Notes: generated from the sequence alone by a model not told the origin. Shown: positions 8,939 to 22,411, counted from the stretch's first letter. The stretch: 64,000 bases of DNA from Verrucomicrobiota bacterium (GCA_038209745.1 JBBQXJ010000008.1:1-64000); one strand, 5' to 3'. A program made the numbers and translations.

Positions 8939-10950
8939 CGGGTCTTCGCGGCGGAGGCCGACTTCTCCGTCGACTTGGGAAGCACGAACTCGCCCGACTC
9001 CGAGACGATGGTGGCGGTGACGAAGATCAGAAGATACCGGGGCGAGTCGATCTCGGTGCGACGCCGGAAGAGCGAGCCGATGATCGGTATGCTGCCCAGG
9101 ATGGGAACCGACTCGACGAACGTGGCCTGGTTGCGCTCGAGCACCCCGCCCATGACGACCGTCTCGCCGGTCTTGACGCCGACGCGGGTGGAGAGCTCCT
9201 GCGTGCGCATCTCGGGCAGGCGGATGTCGAACTTGCTGGTCACCTGTCCGGTGTCGTTCACGTCCGAGACGGTCGCGAACGTGACCAGCTGGACGTCCGT
9301 GGTGACCTTCGGGTTCAACGCGAGAAGGATGCTCTCCCCGTCGCCCGCGATGCTCGCGACCACGTTCAGCTCGACGCCGGAGACGATCTTGGTCGGCTTG
9401 CCCTCGGGCACCAGGCTCGAAGTGGTGCCCCGCTCGAAGACGCTCTGCTTGACGGTGTACTGCTCGAAATAATACTGGATCTTGCCGTCGCTGATCTTGC
9501 CCGGGCGGTTGTTGATCAGCAGGAGCCGGGGCGCGCTCAGGGTCTGGCTCTCCCCGCTCTGGTTGAGCGCGGTGATGGTGGCCGAGAGGTTTTGCCGGTT
9601 GAGGATGTTGGTGAATTGTTCCGAGATGGGCAGGGCGACGGTGGAAGGCGACAGCTTCGTGAAGTCCTGGGGCTCGACACCCTGCTGGGGGAGGAGGTTC
9701 CGCCCGGTCTCCCAGGCCACGCCCAGCCGCAAAAAGGCCGGCTCCGTCACCGTGATGAACCGCGCCTCGATGAGCACCTGCTGGATGGGCTTGTCGAACT
9801 CCTCGATCAACCGCTCCAGCCCTTCGAGCTGGTCCCGGGTGCCGCTGGCCACGATCAGGTTCCGCTCATAGTCGATATGATACTTCGAGCCCTTGAAAAA
9901 CTGGACGATGGCCGTTTCCAGCGAGGTCTTTTCCGGAGCGTTGTCGGCCACGAAAAGATTGAGCTTCTCGGTCGTCGTCACCGCGGTGATCTCGCCCTTG
10001 GCGTTTCTGCCCTCGACACGGGTCGGCGCTTCGTCCGCGAACCGCGCCGGCGTGACAAAGCCCCGGCGGAGGCGGTAGATGCGGGTCTCCTCCATCGCGT
10101 TCTTCGGATCCGCGCCGTCCAGGATCCAGATGAGATCCTCCCCGACCTGGAAACGGAGACCGAGATTGCGCGAAACATAGTCGAGAAACTCGCGCAGCCG
10201 GACCTGCTGGAAGTTCACGCTCAATTTTTTCTGGAAGGCGGGCAGAGCCTTGTCCGCCACAAAGTTGATTTTCTCCCGGGTTCCCAGCTCGAAAATGATC
10301 TGCTCCAGCGTCACGTCGTCCAAATGGATGTCCACGCGTCGGTTGAGCAGGTCGGCCATCGGCCCCTCGGTCACCGACGGGCTGGCGAGGAATCCCTGGT
10401 GCTCGATCTTACGGCCATAGCTCGGCGGCACGTAGGGAACCGCTTCGATCTGCTGGACGGCGTCGCGCAGATCCTTGCGCGGGGTGAGGCCACGGTCCTT
10501 TTGCTCGGTGATGATGCTGGTAATGGACGGATTGAACGGCGAGTTCTTCGAATCGATCTCCCGGATGCGGTCTTCAACGGCGCGTTCGCGGAGGATCTTG
10601 CGGTTGTCGGTGACCCAGCTGTGCAGGCGTATCAGCGCGGTGTCGTCGGGAAACTGTTCAACGAGACGCCCGGATCTCAGCTCGGCGTCCTCCCACTGGC
10701 CCTTTTTTGCCAAGTCGAAGATCTCGCGGATGGCTTGGTCGTGCTCGGCGCTGAAGCGGATCGCCGGCGGCTCCGAAGCGGAATCCGCTTTGGGGGTCGC
10801 CGTAGGAGTCGGAGCAGGGATCGCAGCCTTTGCGGAATCGGCTGGCGCGGCGGGGGCGGCAGGTTTTGGGTCCCGGGTGGCGCATGAGGTGGCGGCCGAA
10901 ACCGCCACCGTTGCCGTCGTGATGTTGATCCAACCGCGAATGCCTGCCAT
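8935..10950 (-). CDS. Secretin (GspD/PilQ family), probable lipoprotein
   Basis: Lipobox-like AATSC; STN-like domain; QQVLIEARF, LSAPRLLLINN, GETVVMGG, VPILGSIPIIGSLFRR, LLIFVTATIV. Confidence 0.92.
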   Translation of the reverse strand: MAGIRGWINITTATVAVSAATSCATRDPKPAAPAAPADSAKAAIPAPTPTATPKADSASEPPAIRFSAEHDQAIREIFDLAKKGQWEDAELRSGRLVEQFPDDTALIRLHSWVTDNRKILRERAVEDRIREIDSKNSPFNPSITSIITEQKDRGLTPRKDLRDAVQQIEAVPYVPPSYGRKIEHQGFLASPSVTEGPMADLLNRRVDIHLDDVTLEQIIFELGTREKINFVADKALPAFQKKLSVNFQQVRLREFLDYVSRNLGLRFQVGEDLIWILDGADPKNAMEETRIYRLRRGFVTPARFADEAPTRVEGRNAKGEITAVTTTEKLNLFVADNAPEKTSLETAIVQFFKGSKYHIDYERNLIVASGTRDQLEGLERLIEEFDKPIQQVLIEARFITVTEPAFLRLGVAWETGRNLLPQQGVEPQDFTKLSPSTVALPISEQFTNILNRQNLSATITALNQSGESQTLSAPRLLLINNRPGKISDGKIQYYFEQYTVKQSVFERGTTSSLVPEGKPTKIVSGVELNVVASIAGDGESILLALNPKVTTDVQLVTFATVSDVNDTGQVTSKFDIRLPEMRTQELSTRVGVKTGETVVMGGVLERNQATFVESVPILGSIPIIGSLFRRRTEIDSPRYLLIFVTATIVSESGEFVLPKSTEKSASAAKTR

Positions 10951-11225
10951 AAAGTGTTTCTAGGACGCCTCCATCTCCATCGTCATTCATGCAACACACA
11001 CTGCCGTCACGGCGACGGAGAGCGATTCGGGCGACGGACCAAGCGCGTTTCTGATACTGCGAACGTCGTTCCCGACGCGCAAAGGTGAATTCCTTTTATA
11101 TACGGATGGTCGGGATCCCCGAAAGGTCAAAGGACCGGCACCGGGACTCGGCGACCGCGAGGCTTCGAACCAATGTCCCTTTAAAAAAAACTTCAGCCGA
11201 CCGCGCCCCGCGTCCGGACTTTTCC

Positions 11226-11860
11226 TCAGTTCCCATCCGGCTTCCGATCCGAAGCGGCGGCGCTGGCCGGCATTCTGAACTCCACCACGGCGTCGGGCTT
11301 CGCCGGGTCGAACGGCGGCACGTCGTCCACGATGAACTTCGCCAGGTCCAGTGGGGTCTGGCGGACTCCTTCCACCACGCACTTGGCCAATTCGTAGCTG
11401 CCGTAGTTGTTGTGGTGGGTGCCATCCTGGAACGCTTTCCCCAGATCCGGCCCCAACGCCCGATAGAAGACCTTGCTGGCTGCATGGAGGTCGATCAGCG
11501 CCACCTTCTTGGCCGCGGCAATGTCCCGCACCGTCCGGGGATACCCGACCAAGGTGTCCTTCTCGATCCCGGCCTTCCGTTCCATTGACGTCACCCGCAC
11601 CGGCGTCGCTCCGGCCGCGCCCACCTTGTCCACCAATTTTTCCAGGTTCGACCTGTAGGTCGCGAGGGCGTTGGTCGCCCAGTCCTTCATGTCGTTGTGG
11701 CCAAACTGGAAAAACACATAGTCTCCGGGATCCATCCTTTCGCGACCGGGCCGGAGCCGAAGTCGAATCGTTTCACGGCCACGACCTCACCCGCTCGTGC
11801 CGCCATCAACGTCACGAAAAACGCCAGAACGCGCAGACCCAAAGCCCCGGGGTGATGCAT
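11226..11860 (-). pseudogene. Internally deleted rhamnogalacturonan acetylesterase (SGNH/GDSL, RhgT/YesT-like)
   Basis: ATG at 11860 gives a signal peptide plus KRFDFGSGPVAKGW, joined out of frame near 11730 to PGDYVFFQFGHND..DGTHHNNYG; the catalytic GDS block is absent. Confidence 0.75.
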
Positions 11861-11986
11861 GCCGACATCATGGGAAACGTTCCCACCCGATCAAGCCCCG
11901 CAGACCCGATCCTGCCGGAAAGAATCGCCGGATCTCCTCCGCTTCAAGCCTTCCGCTCTCGCCGCTTCCCCTTATCGTCCCCAGCC

Positions 11987-13951
11987 ATGAACCCCGTCGA
12001 CGGCTCCGTCGAACCCTCCCGCACCCGGCCGAAGCAGGCAGGCGTCTCGCTGTTTCGCCGCAGCTTTGGCCGATGGCCGCAGAAACGGCTCCCACCGGTC
12101 GCGGCGATATCCATTCTCTTCGCCGCCGTCGCAGGTCTTCAAACGGTCTGCCGCGCACAGGATCTCGTCATCGGAGAATTCAGCGAAGCGAACTACGGGA
12201 CGTGGACGAAGACCGGCACCGCGTTCGATCCGGATCCCGCCTCGGGCGGCCTCCTCGCCAAATTGGAGATAGAGAACGCCCTCGCCAGCCGCGTCGCCAG
12301 CAGCGAGATCGAAGGCGACGGTCCCAAAGGAACGCTCACTTCCCCGGAGTTCACGATCACCCGGAAGTTCATCTCGTTCCGCATCGGCGGTGGCGACTAC
12401 GAACGCGACACCTGCGTGAACCTGCTCGTCGGTGGAACGATCGTCCGCAGCGCCACCGGTTGGCGGAGCGATCGACTCGCGCCCACCAGTTGGAAAGTGG
12501 GCGAACTTGGAGGTCGATCCGCCCGGATCCAGATCGTGGACAACGCGAGCGGCGACTGGGGCCACATCAACGTCGCCGACATCGTCCAAACCGATGAACC
12601 CGAGCGTCCGGCCTTGTTGATTGAGCCGCTCTACCACGAGTCGTTGCGCCCCCAGTTCCACTTCACGGCGCGCCAGTGGACGATGAACCGCCTCAATCCC
12701 CGCGAGCGCCAAGAAGGCTGGGTCAACGACCTCAACGGCCTGATCTACTACGACGGTGAATACCACCTTTTCGCCCAGCGCTGGGCCAAGTGCTGGATCC
12801 ACGCCGTCAGCCGCGACCTCGTCCACTGGACGGAATTGGAGCCCGCGTTTTGGGAAGAGTGGTTGGACAGCGGCGTCCAGTCCGGCACCTGCGTCGTGGA
12901 CTACGCCAACACTTCGGGCCTGTCGCCGGACGCGGCGACACCGCCGATGGTCGCGTTCTGGTCGCGCTTCGACAACCGCAGCCAGTGCCTCTCCTACAGT
13001 CTCGACCACGGGCGCAGCTGGAAGCTCTACGAAAAGAACCCGATCATGATGCGCCCGGAACGCGACCCCAAGGTGTTCTGGTATGCCCCCGGCAAGCACT
13101 GGGTCATGATGATGTACGGCGAGAACCAGTACCACATTCTCACTTCGGCCAATCTTCTCGACTGGAAGGACGAGAAGATCCCCATCGCGAACAGCTTCGA
13201 GTGCCCGGATTTCTTCGAGCTCCCGTTGGACGGAAATCGCGACCAGATGAAATGGGTCCTGATCCAGGGCAACGGAAAATTCTCCGTCGGCACCTTCGAC
13301 GGCACCCGGTTCCACGAAGAGACGCCCCGGAGCCCGTGCGACGTCGGGCCGAACTTCTACGCCACCCAGTCCTGGGCCAACACCGACACGGGCGACGGCC
13401 GGAGGATCCAGACCGCGTGGATGCGCGGACCGTCGTTCCCCGACATGCCGTTCAACCAGCAGATCAGCTTCCCCTGCGGGCTCACGCTCCACAGCACCCC
13501 GGAGGGTCCAAAGATTTTCCGCGAGCCGATCCCGGAGATCGCGTTGCTGCACCAAGGGCAGGACATGTGGACGAATCGCATCTTGCAGGCCAACCAAGTG
13601 CTGCCGCTGGAGCCTTCCGGCCGTTCCTTCCACATCCGGGCGGAAGTCCGCATTCCCGAAGGCGCCAAGCTGACCTTCAACCTGCGCGGCGTGCCCGTGG
13701 TTCTCACGGCAAAGACTCTCGAGTCCGGGAATGCGCCGGCGGCGGTGCAGGATCAGATCAAGACCGTTGAAATCCTCCTCGATCGCACCTCGATCGAAGC
13801 CTTCGTGAACCACGGCGAAATCTCCTCGACCCGCCTGGTCTCACCCCGGGAGAACGGCCTCTCCGTGAAGGCCGAAGGCGGTTCGGTCACGCTCCAGTCC
13901 CTCACGATCCACCCGCTCAAATCGGCGTGGCCGGACGCGGTCGCAAGATAG
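11987..13951 (+). CDS. GH32 fructan hydrolase (levanase/beta-fructofuranosidase) with N-terminal accessory domain
   Basis: WVNDLNG, SGTCVVD, RDPKV, FECPDFF, NFYATQSW. Start placed at MNPVDG; the track extension back to 11351 looks spurious. Confidence 0.9.
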   Translation: MNPVDGSVEPSRTRPKQAGVSLFRRSFGRWPQKRLPPVAAISILFAAVAGLQTVCRAQDLVIGEFSEANYGTWTKTGTAFDPDPASGGLLAKLEIENALASRVASSEIEGDGPKGTLTSPEFTITRKFISFRIGGGDYERDTCVNLLVGGTIVRSATGWRSDRLAPTSWKVGELGGRSARIQIVDNASGDWGHINVADIVQTDEPERPALLIEPLYHESLRPQFHFTARQWTMNRLNPRERQEGWVNDLNGLIYYDGEYHLFAQRWAKCWIHAVSRDLVHWTELEPAFWEEWLDSGVQSGTCVVDYANTSGLSPDAATPPMVAFWSRFDNRSQCLSYSLDHGRSWKLYEKNPIMMRPERDPKVFWYAPGKHWVMMMYGENQYHILTSANLLDWKDEKIPIANSFECPDFFELPLDGNRDQMKWVLIQGNGKFSVGTFDGTRFHEETPRSPCDVGPNFYATQSWANTDTGDGRRIQTAWMRGPSFPDMPFNQQISFPCGLTLHSTPEGPKIFREPIPEIALLHQGQDMWTNRILQANQVLPLEPSGRSFHIRAEVRIPEGAKLTFNLRGVPVVLTAKTLESGNAPAAVQDQIKTVEILLDRTSIEAFVNHGEISSTRLVSPRENGLSVKAEGGSVTLQSLTIHPLKSAWPDAVAR

Positions 13952-14020
13952 GTCGCCACCCGACTCCAAAAGGTCACTCCGCGCTTCCGCTTCGATCGTC
14001 CCTCGGTATCTTCCGAAGCC

Positions 14021-15499
14021 ATGAACCTCGTCCAAGCCTTCGTCGATACCGCCACGACCTTGCCCGAGCAGGAAGCCGTTTTCTGGGGCAGCGACGTTGT
14101 CCGCTACGGCGAATTGCTGGCCCACGCCGGCGCCATCTCCCACGTCCTCCGCACCTGCCACGGGATCCAGCCCGGCGACCGGGTCGGCCTCTATCTGAAG
14201 AACCGGCCGGAGTTCATCACCGCGCTCTTCGGCATCTTCTCCGCCGGGGCCGTCGCCGTGCCGATCAACACCTTCCTCAAACCCGACGAAGTCCGCCACG
14301 TCGTCTCCGATGCCGGCATCCGGATCGTGCTCTCCGAAGAAGCTCTCTCCGAAACGCTCTCCGCCGTCCAAGCCGACGCGACCGCGCTGGCCGCCTGGAA
14401 TGTCGAGTCGATCGGCGAACTGCCGCCGAGCCCCGACGAACCGGTCGTCCCGCGCGAAACGTCCGACCTCGCCGTCCTGCTCTACACCTCGGGGACCACG
14501 GGCAAACCCAAGGGCGCGATGCTCACCCACGGCAACCTCGCCCACAACGTCGAGTCCCTCCGTCAGGTGCTGCTCGTCGCCGAGGTCGACCGGTTCGTGC
14601 TGCTCCTGCCGATGTTCCACACCTTCATGCTGACCGTCTGCGTGCTGCTGCCGCTCCGGACCGGCGGCTCGATCGTGCTCGTCCGCTCCGTCAGCCCGGC
14701 CAAGGCGATGATCCACGAAATCATCGCCAACAAAGGCAGCGTGCTTCCCGCGATGGCCGCGCTCTTCCGCGCCCTGTCGCAGCTTCCCGCCGAGGTCCAG
14801 CTTCCCCTGCGACTCTGCATCAGCGGAGCCGGACCGCTGCCCGGCGAAATCCTGCGCGCCTTCAGCGAACGTTTCCCGGGACTGCCTTTGATCGAGGGCT
14901 ACGGCCTGACCGAGACCAGTCCCGTCGCCACGGTGAACCCGGTGAAGGGCCGGGTGAAGGCGGGCTCCATTGGGCTGCCGATCTCCGATGTCGAAGTGAG
15001 CGTCCAGGACGAGAGAGGCCAGCTTCTGCCGGACGACGTCGAGGGCGAGATCTGCGTCCGGGGCGGCAACGTGATGGCCGGCTACTGGAACCAGCCCGAG
15101 GCCACCGCCGCCACCATGCGGGGCGATTGGCTCCTGACCGGCGACATCGGCAAGCGCGACGCCGACGGCTACTTCTTCATCACCGACCGCAAGAAGGACA
15201 TGCTCAAACCGAACGGGATGAACGTGTATCCACGCGAGATCGAGGAGGTGATCTACCGCTTCAACGGCATCAAGGAAGCCGCCGTGATTGGCGAGCCCGA
15301 CGAACGTCGTGGCGAACGCGCCCTGGCCTTTGTGAGCCTCGACGAGGGAGCGCAGTTCAACGAGAGGGCGCTGATCGATTTCCTCAAGGAACACCTCGCC
15401 GACTACAAGGTCCCGCGTCGCGTGGTCGTCCTCCCGGCGCTGCCCCGCAACGCGACCGGCAAAGTCCTCAAGACCGCTCTCCGCGAACTGGTGGCGTAG
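14021..15499 (+). CDS. Long-chain fatty-acid--CoA ligase (AMP-binding family)
   Basis: YTSGTTGKPKG, EGYGLTE, TGDIG, DRKKD, PRNATGK. Confidence 0.9.
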   Translation: MNLVQAFVDTATTLPEQEAVFWGSDVVRYGELLAHAGAISHVLRTCHGIQPGDRVGLYLKNRPEFITALFGIFSAGAVAVPINTFLKPDEVRHVVSDAGIRIVLSEEALSETLSAVQADATALAAWNVESIGELPPSPDEPVVPRETSDLAVLLYTSGTTGKPKGAMLTHGNLAHNVESLRQVLLVAEVDRFVLLLPMFHTFMLTVCVLLPLRTGGSIVLVRSVSPAKAMIHEIIANKGSVLPAMAALFRALSQLPAEVQLPLRLCISGAGPLPGEILRAFSERFPGLPLIEGYGLTETSPVATVNPVKGRVKAGSIGLPISDVEVSVQDERGQLLPDDVEGEICVRGGNVMAGYWNQPEATAATMRGDWLLTGDIGKRDADGYFFITDRKKDMLKPNGMNVYPREIEEVIYRFNGIKEAAVIGEPDERRGERALAFVSLDEGAQFNERALIDFLKEHLADYKVPRRVVVLPALPRNATGKVLKTALRELVA

Positions 15500-15609
15500 G
15501 CGTAACTCCGAACGGAGCCCCGCTTTTGGAACGGCCCGGCTGTGCGGCCCAACCGGCTTGCCCAGACGGAAAGGCTGGCGGCGGCAAAATCGTGTTCGCC
15601 GCTCCGAGA

Positions 15610-18045
15610 TTACCGCTCAACCGTCCGGTAGAATCGCTGCGATTGCCCGGCCGCGGAGGGATCGTTGATGAGCAGGGATCCGTTGGTGACGACCAGATCG
15701 CCCGCCAAGGGCTCCCACCCGGCTTGGGGATCCGACCCCAATTCGTTGCGCCACTGGACTTCCAGACCGCCGACGTCGGAGGAGGCCAGTCCATCCACCC
15801 CTTGCAGCAGGAGACGATAGCCGCCGACGCCATTCCCCTGTGGCGGCTCCAACCGCGAGGGAACCACCACTCGGGCCACCGCGTTGCTGCTGACAACGCT
15901 TCCGCCCGGATTGGACACCGTCACCGCATAAACGCCCGAATCGGCGCGCGCAGCCGATTCGATGGACCACCTTGCATTGGTTTCTCCGGCCAGAACGGAT
16001 CCGTTCCGGGCCCACTGATAGGTCAACGGAGTCGATCCATTCGCCACCACCGTCAGAGCCAAAGGCGCCCCCGCTGCAACCGTCTCCGATCGGGGTTGCT
16101 GGACGATGACCGGCGGCGCCTGGGTCAAGGTGATCAAGGTCAGCGAATAGGGCGGAAACGCGTAGCGGAAGGCGGAGCCGGCATTGGTCATGGATCCCGA
16201 CGTGATGTCCTGTTCCGCCAGAGGCCGGTTGAGACGGGCCGCCTCGTCGTTCGGAATGCCGTAGCTGCGCACCAGCGCCGCGCTGGCCGGGACAAACCCC
16301 GTCACGGTCACCTGCCCCGTCAACGTCCCGCTGGCGTCCTGGTTGATCACCAGCAGCGAGAGCGCTCCGTTCGTCCGCCGGACGGCATGGGCGGAGAGCA
16401 ATTCAAAACCCGTGTCCGCCGCCACGACCGTGTCGCCACCCCGGGCGAATTCGGAGAGCAGCTTGAAGGCATAGAACTGCGGGTGCCGCGTGGTCGCCCC
16501 GTTCAAGATGCCGTAGTCGCCGTAGAACTGGCCGCCGCTGGAGCGCCAGCCGTAGAGCGAAGGATCCATGTTGTTCGAGGTGTCGGTGCCGTTCCGCAGA
16601 TCCCACCAGACCAACGCGTTCATTTCCGTGCGCGCCAAACGGCCGAAGCTCTCGCCGAGATACAGCGCATTGACCAGGCTGACGGACTGCTTGCCCGGTT
16701 TGCTGGAGACGGAGTTGTTCTCGGTGCAGACGAGCTCGATGTTCGTGTGCCCGGCGCCGAAGTAGTCGGCCAGCATCTGCCGCATCCCGGCGACGTCGCG
16801 CTCCCAGTTGCGCGCGGTCTGGAGCAGGAACGGATCGCTCTCTCCGCCGCCGTTCTGCGGATAGTAGTGGTAGACGGCGAAGTCGGGCGTGACCCCGAGC
16901 TGCTTGAGGGTGGAGAGCAGGACGGGCGTCCAGCCGTTGTGCTGCTGGCCGGTGCGTGGATTGGTGGCGGGATGGTTGGTGTAGCCGTTCACGAAGCTGT
17001 CCTCGCCGTCCACGATGACCACGCCGACCTTGATCGTCGGATCGGCGGCCTTCATCTGCGCGAGGTAGTCCTTGGCCCGATTGGCATAGGTCCAGGCATC
17101 GTGTGGGCGGGCGTTGGTATCGGCTTCCCAAGTGCCGTAGTTCTCGTTGCCGATCTCCCAATACTTGAAGGCGAACTGATTGGTGACGTTGGAGTGGCGC
17201 ACCCAGCCGGCGGCTTCCTCCGGCGTGCCGTTGCCGTAGTTCGCCGTGATGAAGACCTGCGCGCCGAGGTTGGTGGCGTTGCGGGCGAACTTGGCGAAGG
17301 ACGTGGCCCACTCCCCGGAGTTGTTCGCGCTTTTGTTGCTGGACCAATGGTATTCGTCGGAGGCCGATCCTCCCGGAAACCGCAGCGTGGTCAGGCCCAT
17401 CTCCGTGATCGCCGACCGGGTGGCGGCGGAGTCGAAGTTGCCGTCCCAGATGGCGGTGTTCACCCCGAACCAACGCGCGTCCACCTTCCGGATCGGCTTC
17501 GACGCGTCCACCGTCACGGGCACCGCTGCGGGAAACGGCTTCGCCACCAGTTCGATGTCGTCCACGTAGAAGGTCGGTTTGGCCGAGCCGACACGGTCCT
17601 GGATCCAGAAGCCGTTCGCGTTCGTCGCGTTCGCCAGTCCGATGCTGGAAAGCGGGACGATGAATTCTTTCCAAGTATTGGCCGGCAAGGTCCCGAGGCT
17701 GAACGCCGTCTTCTCCGATCCACCGACAACGCCCCGCACCTGGATCTGCTGCCCGCCATTGGTTCCTCCATGGATCCAGAAACGCAGGCTCTGGAAGCGC
17801 GAAACGTCGAAGTCGTTCCGGCGGACGAAGAGCGCCTGCCAGGCTTGGCCCATCGTCACGCTGATCGCGTGGCTTCCACTGTGCGCGGTGGCGGTGCTGG
17901 CGGCGTCGACCGTGGCCCAGCTCCAGTTCTGGAAGCCGTTCACAAGGTTCTCGCTGTAGACGAGCAGCGGTGCCTGGGCGCGAATCGTCGGGGCGACAAC
18001 CAGCAGGGCACTCGCGAAAAGGAGGGCGATTTTGAAACGGAACAT
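15610..18045 (-). CDS. Secreted clan GH-A glycoside hydrolase (alpha-L-arabinofuranosidase-like) with CBM-like and Ig domains
   Basis: Signal peptide; LRFPGG, YWEIGNE, VCTENN; Ig domain LTYQWARNG..DSGVYAV; ends FYRTVER. Confidence 0.8.
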   Translation of the reverse strand: MFRFKIALLFASALLVVAPTIRAQAPLLVYSENLVNGFQNWSWATVDAASTATAHSGSHAISVTMGQAWQALFVRRNDFDVSRFQSLRFWIHGGTNGGQQIQVRGVVGGSEKTAFSLGTLPANTWKEFIVPLSSIGLANATNANGFWIQDRVGSAKPTFYVDDIELVAKPFPAAVPVTVDASKPIRKVDARWFGVNTAIWDGNFDSAATRSAITEMGLTTLRFPGGSASDEYHWSSNKSANNSGEWATSFAKFARNATNLGAQVFITANYGNGTPEEAAGWVRHSNVTNQFAFKYWEIGNENYGTWEADTNARPHDAWTYANRAKDYLAQMKAADPTIKVGVVIVDGEDSFVNGYTNHPATNPRTGQQHNGWTPVLLSTLKQLGVTPDFAVYHYYPQNGGGESDPFLLQTARNWERDVAGMRQMLADYFGAGHTNIELVCTENNSVSSKPGKQSVSLVNALYLGESFGRLARTEMNALVWWDLRNGTDTSNNMDPSLYGWRSSGGQFYGDYGILNGATTRHPQFYAFKLLSEFARGGDTVVAADTGFELLSAHAVRRTNGALSLLVINQDASGTLTGQVTVTGFVPASAALVRSYGIPNDEAARLNRPLAEQDITSGSMTNAGSAFRYAFPPYSLTLITLTQAPPVIVQQPRSETVAAGAPLALTVVANGSTPLTYQWARNGSVLAGETNARWSIESAARADSGVYAVTVSNPGGSVVSSNAVARVVVPSRLEPPQGNGVGGYRLLLQGVDGLASSDVGGLEVQWRNELGSDPQAGWEPLAGDLVVTNGSLLINDPSAAGQSQRFYRTVER

Positions 18046-18252
18046 GACGATGGATCGTGAAAAGGTAGGGAAGAAATACGCCCGATCCGCCCGTTCGGCT
18101 ATTCCCGCAAACTGACGACGCGCCTTCTCCGTGGCGGCGATTGGCCGTTCGCCGCGACACGGCCGAACCCCGGCCGGTGCCCTGCTTGACTTGGATTTTC
18201 GCGAACCTCATTTTCGAAAGGCTGTTTTGACGTCAGCAACACCCAGATTTTC

Positions 18253-21192
<2,940 letters not shown>

Positions 21193-21281
21193 GCCAAAGA
21201 TCGTGGGCGCTTCCGCACCGCCAGCTCTCACAGCCGTTGGTTCAACTTTTTGGGAGCAGTCCAAACGAACCGAAACCCAAT

Positions 21282-21743
21282 TCAATGCCGGAGCTCCGGG
21301 AAGTGGACTTCCGCGCACTTCGGACAAAACGTGTGGGTGAACCGGGCGGGAGTCCGGGCGCCGATGTAGGATTCGATCCGGGACCATTCCCCTCCGTCAT
21401 CCCGAACGTCTTTGCAGAAGGCGCAGATCGACAGAAAGCCTTCCAGGGTTTTGACCCGCTCCCGGAGCAGCCGAGTCTGACACGAAGCGCGATTGACCAG
21501 AAACGCGACGATCAGGACAACCATCGCGAAAATCACCGAATTGATCCCGGCAATCTCCAAGGCCGTTTCGTTTGCCCAAAAGAAATGAAATCCGAAATGG
21601 ACCAGGTTGAGCCCGAACGCCAGTCCCCAGGCCTCGGCCACTGATCGATACCAGGCACTCAGGACAACCGGCAGGATCAGCAGGATCGGGACCTGGAGAT
21701 GGGGGCCGGACGCGAAGTCCACGATCAAACTGGCAATCGCCAC
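21282..21743 (-). CDS. Small membrane protein with a C-terminal CxxC..HxxCxxC domain of the kind found on signalling proteins; possibly starts at 21827 with an in-frame TGA
   Basis: Three to four TM helices, then LEGFLSICAFCKDVRDDGGEW..FTHTFCPKC. Confidence 0.75.
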   Translation of the reverse strand: MAIASLIVDFASGPHLQVPILLILPVVLSAWYRSVAEAWGLAFGLNLVHFGFHFFWANETALEIAGINSVIFAMVVLIVAFLVNRASCQTRLLRERVKTLEGFLSICAFCKDVRDDGGEWSRIESYIGARTPARFTHTFCPKCAEVHFPELRH

Positions 21744-22333
21744 GGCGCAGCAGGTCGCTCGAAGCGATCAGAGCGGCGAGGCAAACCCCTGGAGGCGTCG
21801 ATCGATGAAATCAAAATCCGTTTTCATTTGCTTCCGAATCAGGCGCACCAAGAGAGCAATGAATGCGGACGTCGCATGGTCGTAAAATGGACGCTCCTGC
21901 GCTGGGTCATCAAGAGAACGCGTTTTGCAGTCTCGGCCTTGATTCATACAAGCTGCGACTGTGCCAATGGTTTTTTGAATCAAGGTTGAAACGATCGCCC
22001 AGAAGATCGATCAGCAGACGCAAATTGAAGCCGCGCTCGAGCCGGGTAGAATGCCGGGCGCAAAATGGTCAACCAAACGGTGGAGCGACGCTCTTCCAGA
22101 AGATGGGCCCAGAAAAGGGGGAGGCTGAAAGGTCGAAGGGAGGCTCTTTCACCGGTGTCCGCTCAATGCGGGACCGAGAGCCTCCCCTCAACTGTTTGGT
22201 AACGATGGCTACAACCAAGGGAATGGAGTGCAGCCGGTGAAAAGCTTCCCGAGCCGCGAAATCGACTCAAGGGAAAAGTCCGCGAAAAAAACTGGCTATC
22301 AGGAAGTTCCGAGGGGATTGGGTGCGGGAGAAA

Positions 22334-22411
22334 TGGTCGGGGCGGTGAGATTTGAACTCACGACCTCTTGCACCCGAAGCAAGCGCGCTAGCCAAACTAC
22401 GCTACGCCCCG
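22334..22411 (-). tRNA. tRNA-Pro (anticodon CGG)
   Basis: Minus strand CGGGGCG..CTTGC-TTCGGGT-GCAAG..GTTCAAATC..CGCCCCGACCA, CCA encoded. Confidence 0.95.

Noticed and set aside
13927..18060. 1377-aa ORF
   Set aside because: Arg/Pro-rich off-frame and antisense read-through of the acyl-CoA ligase and glycoside hydrolase genes
21193..21281. Possible integron attC site after the membrane-protein gene
   Set aside because: No matching R/L box symmetry and no integrase in the window
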